From IMG/VR virus record IMGVR_UViG_3300037418_003161, positions 1-64,000 of that record: a DNA stretch of 64,000 bases. One strand, written 5' to 3'. Source of the stretch: a virus. Lineage: Duplodnaviria; Heunggongvirae; Uroviricota; Caudoviricetes. The position numbers and the translations under genes were made by a program. Below, one piece after another: positions 18,783-28,347 of the stretch. Positions within the stretch are counted from its first letter, which is position 1, and each line of letters begins with the position of its first letter. The notes below the pieces were generated by a model. That model saw only the letters and a program-made list of their open reading frames with translations, was not told where the DNA came from and searched no databases.

Positions 18783-19578
18783 CGTTGCTGTTTAACCACA
18801 TGTATAACGATTCATTATTAACATCGCCGGGAACACCGTCATACAAGACCCGCTTCCACTTGTCCCCGTACTTGGCAACCATTCCTGCCTCCATGTTGGT
18901 TCGGGCTGTGGGGATGAATTCTCCTTGTGACATGGTTTCTTGGGTGATGTGCTTGTCCCGGTAGGAGGTGAAAGGTTGGTGAAAGATACCCACACTATCG
19001 CTCACGTAGGTTCTGTACCCATTTTGATGTAACTGGTGGGGGATGTCATAATCCAGCCCCCAACCATAGTAAAAACGGTTATCCAACAGGTCGGGAAGCC
19101 TGTTCCACGCTTCAGCCCTCAACATCGGACAAATAATTTCTACAAACGATTCCTTTCTTGCACCCCCGGAATTTTGATTGCATTGCCGTTGATGCACATG
19201 GGACATGTTTTGGATGTAGGGATGAATCTGTCCGATTTCCTCATTTGCCATCATCTGCTCATATAAAATGGACACCATATCCTGATTGTCAATAAATTTG
19301 GCATCATTGACAAACAACTGGTAGGCATCATACTGGTAGCCTTTCATGGCTGCGGTAAAATCGGCATATTGCTTAAGCAGATTAAACCCCCTTGTCATGC
19401 GGCAACCATCGTGTACCCACAGGGTCATGTACATGGAGACATTATCCAGTTTTGAACCTGTTTCAATAACATGGAGGTCGTAATCCACCTTGCTTGTCCG
19501 TTCAACAATTCCATGACACAAACTATCGGTGAGGTCTTTGTTGTTGTGACTAACGACCAGTATACAAACTTTACCCAT
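18766..19578 (-). CDS. Glycosyltransferase, GT-A/GT2-like
   Basis: CILVVSHN, VIETGS, NDA, GWGLDYD, VGIFH. Confidence 0.75.
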   Translation of the reverse strand: MGKVCILVVSHNNKDLTDSLCHGIVERTSKVDYDLHVIETGSKLDNVSMYMTLWVHDGCRMTRGFNLLKQYADFTAAMKGYQYDAYQLFVNDAKFIDNQDMVSILYEQMMANEEIGQIHPYIQNMSHVHQRQCNQNSGGARKESFVEIICPMLRAEAWNRLPDLLDNRFYYGWGLDYDIPHQLHQNGYRTYVSDSVGIFHQPFTSYRDKHITQETMSQGEFIPTARTNMEAGMVAKYGDKWKRVLYDGVPGDVNNESLYMWLNSNDGFNL

Positions 19579-19579
19579 A

Positions 19580-20389
19580 TTAATATTTTGCGGCGATTTC
19601 ATGCATTTCATTTCTGATTTGCTGCATCACAAACTGCTCATCCGAAATGACGTTATCGTTTAGATACCCTGTGGCACTCATTTGGCTTTCTACGGCTTCC
19701 TTCCAAATGGAATTGGGTTGTGTCCACAAACACAGGGTGCTTGACATACTCATGCCGTGACTGCGCCAGTACAGCTTTGCGCCGTACACCTTATGCATTT
19801 TGCCAATCTTATGAAGATAAATGGCAAAAATATCTTCAAAGATGGGCGACCACATGGTTTCAAACTGAAGGATGCCACTGTTTAAGAATTCCTCCCGGTT
19901 GACTATGACCGAGTGGGCAAAGGCCATGGTTTTGCTGCCGAGTGTGCCCCTTGTAAATTCTCCCCATGAAGCACAATCCCCGGAAATGAGGTTGTCGTTA
20001 TCATCCACCACATGCACCTCTGACCACGAACCATTCAGTCCTTCCGCTTCCATGGCTTCTACCTGAAGCTTTAGTTTATCTACATCCCAAAAATCATCGT
20101 AGTGCAGAAAGGCTACGTATTTGCTGTCCACTTCTTTCCAGCAATCGCTTATTTTTTTCCAAATGCCACCGGGCGCAAAAAAGGAATGGGGGTCGTGCCA
20201 CTTGACCCTTACACCCCGGCTCTCCAAGATGGCCTTGGCCTCCTCAGAGATGTTGGTGTCGGCAGCAACCGTTAGGATAAAATCCTGAGACGATTGGTTC
20301 AGGATGCTATCGATGGATTTTTCCAAGAGGCGGGGAACAGGTGTACCTTCAACAGAGACACCAATAGGTATTACAATGTGAGTTGTCAT
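19580..20389 (-). CDS. Glycosyltransferase family 2
   Basis: IVIP, SIDSILNQ, YVAFLHYDDFW..DKLKLQV, ED motif. Confidence 0.82.
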   Translation of the reverse strand: MTTHIVIPIGVSVEGTPVPRLLEKSIDSILNQSSQDFILTVAADTNISEEAKAILESRGVRVKWHDPHSFFAPGGIWKKISDCWKEVDSKYVAFLHYDDFWDVDKLKLQVEAMEAEGLNGSWSEVHVVDDNDNLISGDCASWGEFTRGTLGSKTMAFAHSVIVNREEFLNSGILQFETMWSPIFEDIFAIYLHKIGKMHKVYGAKLYWRSHGMSMSSTLCLWTQPNSIWKEAVESQMSATGYLNDNVISDEQFVMQQIRNEMHEIAAKY

Positions 20390-21147
20390 TAACTTAAAAT
20401 TTGTCTCCAATTAGGGCCGTATTTTTCGGCCATGATGATTTCCATTTCCCGCTTGGCTTCTTCATCCAAGGTGCGATAGGATTCATCTCCTACTTGTTTG
20501 ATGTAGGTATATTGTCCATGATGGTCGATAACCACCCCATCGTACATCCAGATTTCCTTTCCGGCCCGGTGCAGGGCAGTATAGAAATCCTTACCGGAAA
20601 AATAACACCTTGATAAACGGGGGTCTTGTCCTCCCACCAAATTCCAATCGGACTTGCGTACCAAAATGGGGGAAGTATCATCCATAGGGATTGCATCAAA
20701 GGCATTGGGCATCACTCTGCGGTAGCCCCCGTTATTGTTGGGGTCAAAAACGGTGAACCTATCCCCAATATAAACCGGAGTGGCATCTTGATTCAAGGCC
20801 GGGTGGATGACTGCAATTTGGGGATTGGCTTCCATGTGCATCACCATGTCATAAATGATATCCGGGGATTCTCTAAATGCCATGTCGTTGTGAAAATACA
20901 TGACGTACTTCACATCCGGCTTTCGGTTAAAATAATGGGCTGCTAGAAGTATTGCTCCCATGGTTCTTCCATTCACCAAAGCCCGGATGGTGGTGTATTT
21001 GGAGGGGTGGGCTTTATCGGAAGCGTTGTCCACCACACAGATTTCATAATCGGTTTTATCCAAATTGCGAACCAAGGCGTCATACACCTTGTCCGTTTCA
21101 TCGGGCAGATTGTAATTTAAAAGTGCAATTCCAACTTTGGGGGTCAT
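20389..21147 (-). CDS. Glycosyltransferase, GT2-like
   Basis: IALLNYN, ICVVDNASD, HND, VGGQD, VIDH. Confidence 0.8.
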   Translation of the reverse strand: MTPKVGIALLNYNLPDETDKVYDALVRNLDKTDYEICVVDNASDKAHPSKYTTIRALVNGRTMGAILLAAHYFNRKPDVKYVMYFHNDMAFRESPDIIYDMVMHMEANPQIAVIHPALNQDATPVYIGDRFTVFDPNNNGGYRRVMPNAFDAIPMDDTSPILVRKSDWNLVGGQDPRLSRCYFSGKDFYTALHRAGKEIWMYDGVVIDHHGQYTYIKQVGDESYRTLDEEAKREMEIIMAEKYGPNWRQILS

Positions 21148-21149
21148 GG

Positions 21150-23081
21150 TTAAATGATTGTAAAGGTGGGGATGGGTATGATGTATTTCCCCTTATAAAT
21201 TTTATTGATTTTTTCAATGATTTCGTTTTTGAAGTTCCACGACAGGATGATTAAATAATCGGGTGGGTTAACTTCAATTTCATGTTTGTTAACTATGGGA
21301 ATTCCCGTACCGGGCGAAAACTTTCCAATCTTTTCCGGGGTTTCATCGGCAATGTAGTTAATGATATCGCTGTTCAACCCGGCAGAATTTAAAAGTGTGT
21401 TTCCCTTAGCTGAAGCAGCAAAGGCCGCAATTTTATACCCCTGTTTTTTCAGTTCAAACACGCTACTTGCAAATGTTTTAATGGATTGTTCCACCGCACT
21501 TGCCCAACTGGAATATTTTTTCAAATCCTGAAACCCTTCTTCTTTTTCATAATTCAGGTAGTACCGTACCGCATCGTTGGGTCTTGCCTGAAGGTTTTGG
21601 GAGATGGTCACACGCACTGTTCCTCCGTGAATGCTGTGTTTTTCAACGTCCACAATCTGAAGACCGATTTGTTCACACAAATGATTAAGTGAGGAAATAC
21701 CAAAATACGACAGGTGTTCAAAATAAATGGTATCGTATTCGTAATTTTCAATGAAGTTGACCAAATAAGGAAACTCAATAACGATTTTACCATTTTCTGC
21801 AATAGCGTATTTACACGCCAGTAAAAAATTACACACGTTGTCCACATGAGCAAATACGTTGGTTGCGGTTATTACATCTGCTTTTCCATGTTTGCTCACA
21901 ATATCAACCGCCACATCATTGTTCCAAAAGTCGTTGATGGTTTCAACTCCATTGGCCTCCGCTATTGAAGCAAGGTTGCTGGCCGGGTCAACCCCAAGAA
22001 CTTTAAGCCCAATTTCCTCTTTGAATTCTTTAAGTAAGGTTCCATCGTTGGAAGCAATATCAACAATAAACGAAGCAGAAGTGAGTCCATATTTGGCTTG
22101 AAGATTTTTTGCCATCTTGCGGCAGTGCTTCACATAGCCGCCATTGATGGACGACCGATAGGTGTAATAAGAAAACATCTTTTGTGGGTTGACTACCACG
22201 CTAAGTTGGGAATGAAAACAGTTTTCACAGAAATTCACCTGTAGGGGGAAGCGGTTAATTTCCTTGGCCCGTTTGGAGGTAAACTCTAAATTGTTTGCAA
22301 GCGGCATTAAGCCAAGGTCGAGGTATTTTTCCAACGTTTTGCTGCCGCATACCCGGCACTCCTGTTTGGTCACAGCAATTGGGTTCTCCACGTTATAGTT
22401 CATCCACTTCTGAAGATTAAGAGAGGTGTCGTAGGGGGTGGCAAAAGAAGTACTTTCCAAAGAAGCTGGCTGCACACCGGGGTTTGACGTTTGGGCAAAC
22501 ACATACAGGCTCTTTCGTTCCGTTCCCACATTCAATACACCAGTGAGGGGACTTTCAGCCGCTTTCAATATCATTGGCGCAATTTCACTTACATAATCCT
22601 TTGATGTCCATTTGTCCACAAAGGCTTGTGTATATTTAAATTCCTTGTCAAAGGAGGTGCGAATAATTAAATGGTTGGCAACACAGACGGTAGAAGCCTC
22701 ACCACCCAACTTTGTCCAACTGTATAAATTAAAGGGAAGGATTTCGTCTGTCTCCTTGTAATTTCCCCGGTCTCCTTTGTAGATATAATCGGTGGAAATA
22801 TAAACCAACCGGACTTTTTGTTCCCGACAACTCATGGCTACATTTGCTGCGCCAATGATGTTGGTTTGAATAGCTGAAGTGGGGTCTTTTTCAATTTCCC
22901 GGTTGTTGATTTCAGCCGCCCCGTTGATGACAACATCAGGCTTGACCCGACGAATGTATTCAGCAACCACAGGTTGGTCGTTAATGTTCACTTCTGTTTT
23001 GGTGGGAGCAATGATATTGGGGTTGAGTCTTCTGAGTTCAGCACCTAGTGTACCATATCCTCCAAATAATAAAATTCGCAT
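21150..23081 (-). CDS. Fusion: RmlD-like NAD(P)-dependent sugar reductase + NDP-sugar C-methyltransferase
   Basis: GGYGTLG, YISTDY, YSWTK; then CRVCGS..DLGLMPLAN..CENC, DIASNDG, NVFAHV, YFEHLSYF, HGG, ASAKGNTLLN, LSWNF. Confidence 0.9.
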   Translation of the reverse strand: MRILLFGGYGTLGAELRRLNPNIIAPTKTEVNINDQPVVAEYIRRVKPDVVINGAAEINNREIEKDPTSAIQTNIIGAANVAMSCREQKVRLVYISTDYIYKGDRGNYKETDEILPFNLYSWTKLGGEASTVCVANHLIIRTSFDKEFKYTQAFVDKWTSKDYVSEIAPMILKAAESPLTGVLNVGTERKSLYVFAQTSNPGVQPASLESTSFATPYDTSLNLQKWMNYNVENPIAVTKQECRVCGSKTLEKYLDLGLMPLANNLEFTSKRAKEINRFPLQVNFCENCFHSQLSVVVNPQKMFSYYTYRSSINGGYVKHCRKMAKNLQAKYGLTSASFIVDIASNDGTLLKEFKEEIGLKVLGVDPASNLASIAEANGVETINDFWNNDVAVDIVSKHGKADVITATNVFAHVDNVCNFLLACKYAIAENGKIVIEFPYLVNFIENYEYDTIYFEHLSYFGISSLNHLCEQIGLQIVDVEKHSIHGGTVRVTISQNLQARPNDAVRYYLNYEKEEGFQDLKKYSSWASAVEQSIKTFASSVFELKKQGYKIAAFAASAKGNTLLNSAGLNSDIINYIADETPEKIGKFSPGTGIPIVNKHEIEVNPPDYLIILSWNFKNEIIEKINKIYKGKYIIPIPTFTII

Positions 23082-23086
23082 GGGGA

Positions 23087-23115
23087 ATTATAAAAAAAGG
23101 CAGTGGGAATGTCAA
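23087..23115 (-). promoter_or_regulatory. Perfect sigma70 consensus TTGACA-N17-TATAAT, 5 nt before the ATG
   Basis: Read directly. Confidence 0.8.
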
Positions 23116-23135
23116 CATATTTATAAAGAAACTTT

Positions 23136-23957
23136 GTGAAAAGCTGCACCATTATTCCCACCCACCAACGACATTTCCACTATGCATATGAGGCATTGCG
23201 TACCCACAATCTGTACGTAGCCTCCGAGTTATATTTTGTGTTTTCTTCTGAGGAGGAAGCAGCATTGTTCCAACGTTCCGTCCCCGCAGAGTTACAACAC
23301 CCCCGGTGGCAATCCATTGTGGTTGCACCCAACAATGAGGAGGGAATCATCACCAAAAAGAAATTGGGGGCATTGGGCATTCTCTCACAACACTACACCT
23401 ATTTAGCCGTATTTGACTGTGAGGTTCTCTTTGTCAAACCCATGGACACGGACACCATCTATAAAGAAATTGTAGACTCCAAACTCTTTAAATCCAATAG
23501 GCGACACAACTCAACCCATCTGCGGGAGGTGGCAAAACGAATGGGGTATGAAAACAATGAAGTGCTTGTGGCACAAACCGAAGGGTTTACCCAATACTGG
23601 TGGTTCAATGAAATTTGCGTGTATGAACAAACTTTGTTTCAGGAGTTTTATGCTTGGTTGATTGCACATCCCAACTCCCACGAAATTTTAAACGATTTTG
23701 CCTGTTTTGATTATCTGCTTTACAGTATGTGGTTGATTTGTAACAAGGGGTATAGGGTTAAGAAGCACCTTTCCCATATCAGCTTTGCGGGAGCAGCCAT
23801 TGAAACCAATTACAACTCCAACGATATTTCCCACACCTTTCAGTCCTACCAAGACCGAAACATCAACCATCAGGAAATTGACCACATTAAGGTGCAAATC
23901 ATGGTTGACCGGGATTGGGAGCATTGTCAAAAAGAAGGACAACGCTTATACCTTTAG
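23136..23957 (+). CDS. Putative GT-A-fold glycosyltransferase-like protein
   Basis: IIP N-terminus, KK..AL..L..Y.YLAVFDCE (DxD-like); GTG start 11 nt after TATTTAT. Confidence 0.5.
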   Translation: MKSCTIIPTHQRHFHYAYEALRTHNLYVASELYFVFSSEEEAALFQRSVPAELQHPRWQSIVVAPNNEEGIITKKKLGALGILSQHYTYLAVFDCEVLFVKPMDTDTIYKEIVDSKLFKSNRRHNSTHLREVAKRMGYENNEVLVAQTEGFTQYWWFNEICVYEQTLFQEFYAWLIAHPNSHEILNDFACFDYLLYSMWLICNKGYRVKKHLSHISFAGAAIETNYNSNDISHTFQSYQDRNINHQEIDHIKVQIMVDRDWEHCQKEGQRLYL

Positions 23958-24629
23958 GGCATACTTTTCCATAACGTATTTCACTTCGCTGGCCTTGAGT
24001 TGTTCATTAATAGCTCTTTGGCTTTGCCCTTCCCACATTCTGGACACCGTGGTAATGGCATCCGTGGTTTTGGGTAGTCCGTACTTGTCGTACATCGTCC
24101 GGTAAAAATCACAATCCACCAATAGAGTTAAATTCCCATCGAAGTACTGGCAAGCTTCCCGCTTACACAGTAGAAGAGAGGGAGAGCCAATGGTATTTGC
24201 CCCTAAATAAATATTGGGAGTGTATTCAGGAATTAAGTGCCAGCTAAACGAATCCCCATAGCGGTGAATGGTAGCGCACAACCCCCAATCGGCAGCACCA
24301 AGGTTGTCTACTTCAATCTGCAAACTATTTGCGTCATAAAAATAATCATCCTGCAATAAAAACTTGATGTGTGTTCCGGTAGCCTTATCAATTAAGTTGT
24401 TGAAGTTGGCCGCAATACTACCCCGGCCATTTGCGTTTCGATAATAGTGGACGTTTTCCTTCGCCCAAGACGTGGAAAGATAATTTTCAATATCGTCGTT
24501 TTGGGAATGGTCGGAAATGAGTACTTCAAACTCCGTATAGGTTTGTAGAAAAACGGAATCTAGCAGTTCGGTTAAAAACTCCACACCCCGGCCTTTCATT
24601 TCGTAGGTTGGTACACAAATGGATATCAT
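23946..24629 (-). CDS. Glycosyltransferase family 2
   Basis: ISICVPTYE, EVLISDHS, IKFLLQDD, IGSPS, LVDCDFY. Confidence 0.88.
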   Translation of the reverse strand: MISICVPTYEMKGRGVEFLTELLDSVFLQTYTEFEVLISDHSQNDDIENYLSTSWAKENVHYYRNANGRGSIAANFNNLIDKATGTHIKFLLQDDYFYDANSLQIEVDNLGAADWGLCATIHRYGDSFSWHLIPEYTPNIYLGANTIGSPSLLLCKREACQYFDGNLTLLVDCDFYRTMYDKYGLPKTTDAITTVSRMWEGQSQRAINEQLKASEVKYVMEKYALKV

Positions 24630-24943
24630 ACATAAATTTTATCAGAAGGAATTGAGGGGAATTTTACCACTACGGTTGTAGAATCGCTCAGGGATTCAAA
24701 CATGGCTGCTTCTCCGGGTTCAATGCGAACAATTTCATCCTTTTTATAAATTTCACCATTCACCCTTACCGAGCCTTCCACAATGATTGTAAATTCTGTA
24801 ACGGCAACATGGTAGTGGGGAAGAGCGGTTTCCCCGGCTTTATAGCGTTTGATGCCCACTTCAAAATCTTTGGTGCGGTGCAAGGTTGGCTCAAAGTCGC
24901 CTACAAACCAATCCCTGTATTCACTTAAATGGTGTCGTGTCAT
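24626..24943 (-). CDS. Cupin-domain protein
   Basis: WFVGDFEP, HYH...E..IVEG, VVVKFPS. Confidence 0.8.
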   Translation of the reverse strand: MTRHHLSEYRDWFVGDFEPTLHRTKDFEVGIKRYKAGETALPHYHVAVTEFTIIVEGSVRVNGEIYKKDEIVRIEPGEAAMFESLSDSTTVVVKFPSIPSDKIYV

Positions 24944-26316
24944 ATTGTTCCTTTATAGTTTTGTAAAAAAAAGCTGAGGTCTTCGTGTGTCCCAATTCCC
25001 CACATTTTGTCAATCATATAGGGTTTAATCCGCAACTGCTCTTCAATGGCTTCGTTATAGACAGGAGCAACATAGAATTCGTTTTTATAGCGAATGCCTT
25101 TTTCAATCATTTGTTCGGCGTATTGTACATAATCCGACCCTTTATTCCACCAGTAGATGCCAACGGTAGCAAGGTCGCTGATAACTTCCTTTTCGGCCAC
25201 ATGGGTTATCAATCCATCTTCGTTGGTTTTCACATAGCTCCACTTGGGGTGGGTAGCCCTGAAACAAAGAATGCCACCATCCACCTTTTCCTCTTCCACG
25301 GAATAATAAAAGCGTTGACTGTCCCACTCCAAAAACTGGTCGGAATTGGCAATGAGGAGGTGTTTGTCGTTGTTGATGTATTCTTTTGCCAGAAGCGTAG
25401 AGCAAGCCGCCCCTTCGGTTACACCATTTACGGTTACAATTTTACATCCGGGGGTTATCAGGTTCAACAGAAATTTTAAATTATATTCAATATAATGTTT
25501 TTCCTGAACCACATAAATAAATTGGGCATCAATGGCAAGATTATCCACCACCACTTGCACCATGGGCTTTTGCCGCACTTCAATTAGGGGTTTGGGAAAT
25601 GTATATCCGGCTTGTGCGAATCTGCTGCCGAGACCACTCATGGGAATAAGAACGTTGTAATTTTTACCATCCCACTTGTTTTTACTTTGTTTTTGATTTA
25701 CATCCATGATTTTGTTGTAAATAAAATTATACGCAATGTCAGTTGGGTCGTTTACCTTTAATATGTGTCCACCACTGGCATTCGCCGCCTCCAATCCATA
25801 GGGGGAATCCTCCAAAATAAGACACTCCTTGGGACTTAAGCCTAACTTGGCAAAGGTTGTTAAGAACATTTCAGGGTTGGGTTTGGGGTATTTAACATCC
25901 TGATTGGACACCACCAAGTCTACATAGTTTACTACCTCCTGTTTTACCAACACACTATAGATAGTATGGGCTACAGAGTTGGAAGCCACGACAATTTTTA
26001 ACCCCTGTTCTTTTAATTTTTTAAACACCTCAATAAGATTCTCATCCCGCTTTACATAGTCAATAATGTATTCGATGGTAAATCTTTGCTTGAGGTTGTT
26101 TATGTCTTTATGTAGGTCAACTGGCAACCCCTTCTCGGTTGTAAGTATATTCAACTTGTTCTTGGTGGGAAGGCCGTCAAACTTGGAGTAATGGTCTTCC
26201 AATGATATCACATAGTTTTCATCCACTGAGGCAAGAGCCTGATTGAGTGCTTCATAATGACAGCTTTTCAGGGCTATCAGCGTACCGTCAAGGTCGAAGA
26301 TTACGGCTTTAATCAT
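24940..26316 (-). CDS. Fusion: HAD phosphatase + NTP-transferase (nucleotidyltransferase) domain
   Basis: FDLDGTL, KPNP, LEDS; then IPMSGLGSRF...KPLIEV, TEGAAC, ANSDQ, NEFYVAPVYN, GIGTHEDL. Confidence 0.88.
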   Translation of the reverse strand: MIKAVIFDLDGTLIALKSCHYEALNQALASVDENYVISLEDHYSKFDGLPTKNKLNILTTEKGLPVDLHKDINNLKQRFTIEYIIDYVKRDENLIEVFKKLKEQGLKIVVASNSVAHTIYSVLVKQEVVNYVDLVVSNQDVKYPKPNPEMFLTTFAKLGLSPKECLILEDSPYGLEAANASGGHILKVNDPTDIAYNFIYNKIMDVNQKQSKNKWDGKNYNVLIPMSGLGSRFAQAGYTFPKPLIEVRQKPMVQVVVDNLAIDAQFIYVVQEKHYIEYNLKFLLNLITPGCKIVTVNGVTEGAACSTLLAKEYINNDKHLLIANSDQFLEWDSQRFYYSVEEEKVDGGILCFRATHPKWSYVKTNEDGLITHVAEKEVISDLATVGIYWWNKGSDYVQYAEQMIEKGIRYKNEFYVAPVYNEAIEEQLRIKPYMIDKMWGIGTHEDLSFFLQNYKGTI

Positions 26317-26963
26317 TAAATTTCAACTATTACATGCCGGATTTGCGCTTCATTGGTATCTTCTTTAACGGTATACTCAAGATTGGATAATCCGAATTGT
26401 TTATAATCCACTTCTCCCATTCTCATTTGGTTGGAGAGCGTTTCATTGTTTTTATGATTGGGATGGGCTGACCCTGTATGGGTGTGTGGAAGGGAAATGT
26501 ATCTACCGTTTCTGCGTGAGATGGGAACATTTTCACGCTCACAGCGGTAGAAAAGGTCATCGTCTTCACCACCCCACCCCCAATATTCATTGTGGAAGCC
26601 ATTGATTTTTTCAAAAGAGGCTTTATCAAAAAGGGTAACACCCCCGAAGTAGTTGGCATAAGGCAGATGCCATCCAAACTGTTGCACCTCCACTGCCATG
26701 TGTGTTGGGGTCTCCACGTAGCTATAATCGGCTACCACTGGTAACATATCAACATCGTGCAGGGCCACATAATCACAACCTTCCTTAAAGGCAAGCACAC
26801 TGCCGACATTTAAAAGTTTACCCCGGTTGAAGGGTTTTTCTTGTGTTTGTTCCACCACATATATTTTAAAATCCACATCTTTAATATAGTGCTGCATGTG
26901 TTCAATAAACAAGGGTAGATGGTCTTCCCGGTTGCGGTAGGGTACGACAATTCCTAGTTTCAT
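26316..26963 (-). CDS. GT7-family (beta-1,4-galactosyltransferase-like) glycosyltransferase
   Basis: IVVPYRNREDHL, FNRGKLLNVG, HDVDMLP, YFGGV, INGFHNEYWGWGGEDDDL. Confidence 0.9.
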   Translation of the reverse strand: MKLGIVVPYRNREDHLPLFIEHMQHYIKDVDFKIYVVEQTQEKPFNRGKLLNVGSVLAFKEGCDYVALHDVDMLPVVADYSYVETPTHMAVEVQQFGWHLPYANYFGGVTLFDKASFEKINGFHNEYWGWGGEDDDLFYRCERENVPISRRNGRYISLPHTHTGSAHPNHKNNETLSNQMRMGEVDYKQFGLSNLEYTVKEDTNEAQIRHVIVEI

Positions 26964-27289
26964 AGTACGTTGGGTTTATTGGGACGATTCTCCTCGAACC
27001 ATTCAATTATGGCATTTAAGGCCCACACGCCCCCTGCGGTGATGCAGCCATCCACAACTAAATTAAGGGGTTCGAATTCAAAGTAATGTCGGGAAATCGA
27101 ACCCATGATGAGGCTTAGAAATACTCCAACCCACATTGAGGTACAAAGAATGCATTGAATGAGTTCGCCAAAAAATTTACTGTTACTAATAATCCATGTT
27201 CTCGGCTTGCGGAATATGCTACCGTATACAAGAATGGTGGACATGCCATAAGCGGCCAGTATCCAAATGATTAAATCAACTATCGCCAT
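26960..27289 (-). CDS. Small membrane protein (DUF1360-like)
   Basis: Hydrophobic helices with IF..PR and GELIQCILCTSMWVG. Confidence 0.7.
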   Translation of the reverse strand: MAIVDLIIWILAAYGMSTILVYGSIFRKPRTWIISNSKFFGELIQCILCTSMWVGVFLSLIMGSISRHYFEFEPLNLVVDGCITAGGVWALNAIIEWFEENRPNKPNVL

Positions 27290-27563
27290 ATATGTCTGAA
27301 TTTTCAGAGGGTTTAGATTCTTTGGGTGCTTCGGTTTTTTTTCGTTCTATAACTCGCTTTACGGTTTTAAGCACTTGTTCATCAGCTTGTTTCACAAGTT
27401 CCTCATAACTCATACCAGTTAATTGTTTCTTTTCGGGATTCGTCCCATATTTTTCTTCCATGAATGCTTTTTCAATCAACTTTGTTCCGTGAGCTACGGG
27501 GTCAAGCTGATTCAAATTACAATACGCCACAAAATCATCACTCAAGGTTACAGAGTACTTCAT
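27276..27563 (-). CDS. Hypothetical protein
   Basis: ORF in the gene run (YC.LN...KYG). Confidence 0.7.
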   Translation of the reverse strand: MKYSVTLSDDFVAYCNLNQLDPVAHGTKLIEKAFMEEKYGTNPEKKQLTGMSYEELVKQADEQVLKTVKRVIERKKTEAPKESKPSENSDIYGDS

Positions 27564-28347
27564 TCCCATTTTCAATATCGGCTATATCGGTTATTTTGAA
27601 CTTTAAATAAGGTGAATCATTTATCAGGTCTTCAAAAACATACGTACCTTTTTCAACATTGTACACACAAAACCCATGATATTTTATTGTTTCACCAAAA
27701 TTTTGTTGAATGACACTCCCCGGTTGGATTATGGGTGTTTTCTTACCGTTGCTTTCCAAAAACAACACTTGCCGTGAATGTATATCTCCGCACAGTACGA
27801 CATCACACCCTTCAAAAATTTCCACCTGATAGCCGTGTTCGATGACATGTGCCGTATTGGTTTTACAACCGTTGATTGCACCATGAAAAACACCAACATG
27901 TAGTCTGCCATCATTAGTAAAATCTGGCCGTTTGTTATTGTTATAAAGAGAATAAATCACCCAATTAATGTTTTCGTCTTCAAACACTCCGCTTTCCCGG
28001 TAATACGTCACATTTGGATTTTCAATCAGGTTCACCACCGGGGTAATGCTATCCAGCCGACCATGATTGTTTTCCAAAAAGTCATGGTTGCCGGGAATGA
28101 TAATGACCCTCCCAATTTTGCTTAATTTGTTTAACAACCATGCGGCAAACATGGTTTGCTCGTTGGAGATGCTTATTTTTTGATGAAAGAAGTCTCCGGC
28201 AATTACAATACGAATTTCTTCAGGGGTATACCCTTGTGACTGCTCCTTGAAACGCTCTATCATTTGGTTTAATACCTTGCGGTATTGGTCGTGAAAATGA
28301 TAATTGCGGATATGTAAATCGGCAATGTGGTAAATTAATTTTATCAT
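27538..28347 (-). CDS. SbcD/Mre11/T4 gp47-like metallophosphoesterase nuclease subunit
   Basis: HIADLH, IAGD, PGNHD, FHG, CGDIH, PGS..QQNFGE. Confidence 0.92.
   Translation of the reverse strand: MIKLIYHIADLHIRNYHFHDQYRKVLNQMIERFKEQSQGYTPEEIRIVIAGDFFHQKISISNEQTMFAAWLLNKLSKIGRVIIIPGNHDFLENNHGRLDSITPVVNLIENPNVTYYRESGVFEDENINWVIYSLYNNNKRPDFTNDGRLHVGVFHGAINGCKTNTAHVIEHGYQVEIFEGCDVVLCGDIHSRQVLFLESNGKKTPIIQPGSVIQQNFGETIKYHGFCVYNVEKGTYVFEDLINDSPYLKFKITDIADIENGNEVLCNLE

Noticed and set aside
249-26963. Eukaryotic giant virus or eukaryotic origin suggested by LRR, DnaJ and GT7
   Set aside because: Bacterial sigma factor, NusG, ClpP, DnaG-type primase, bacterial promoters and intrinsic terminators indicate a bacteriophage
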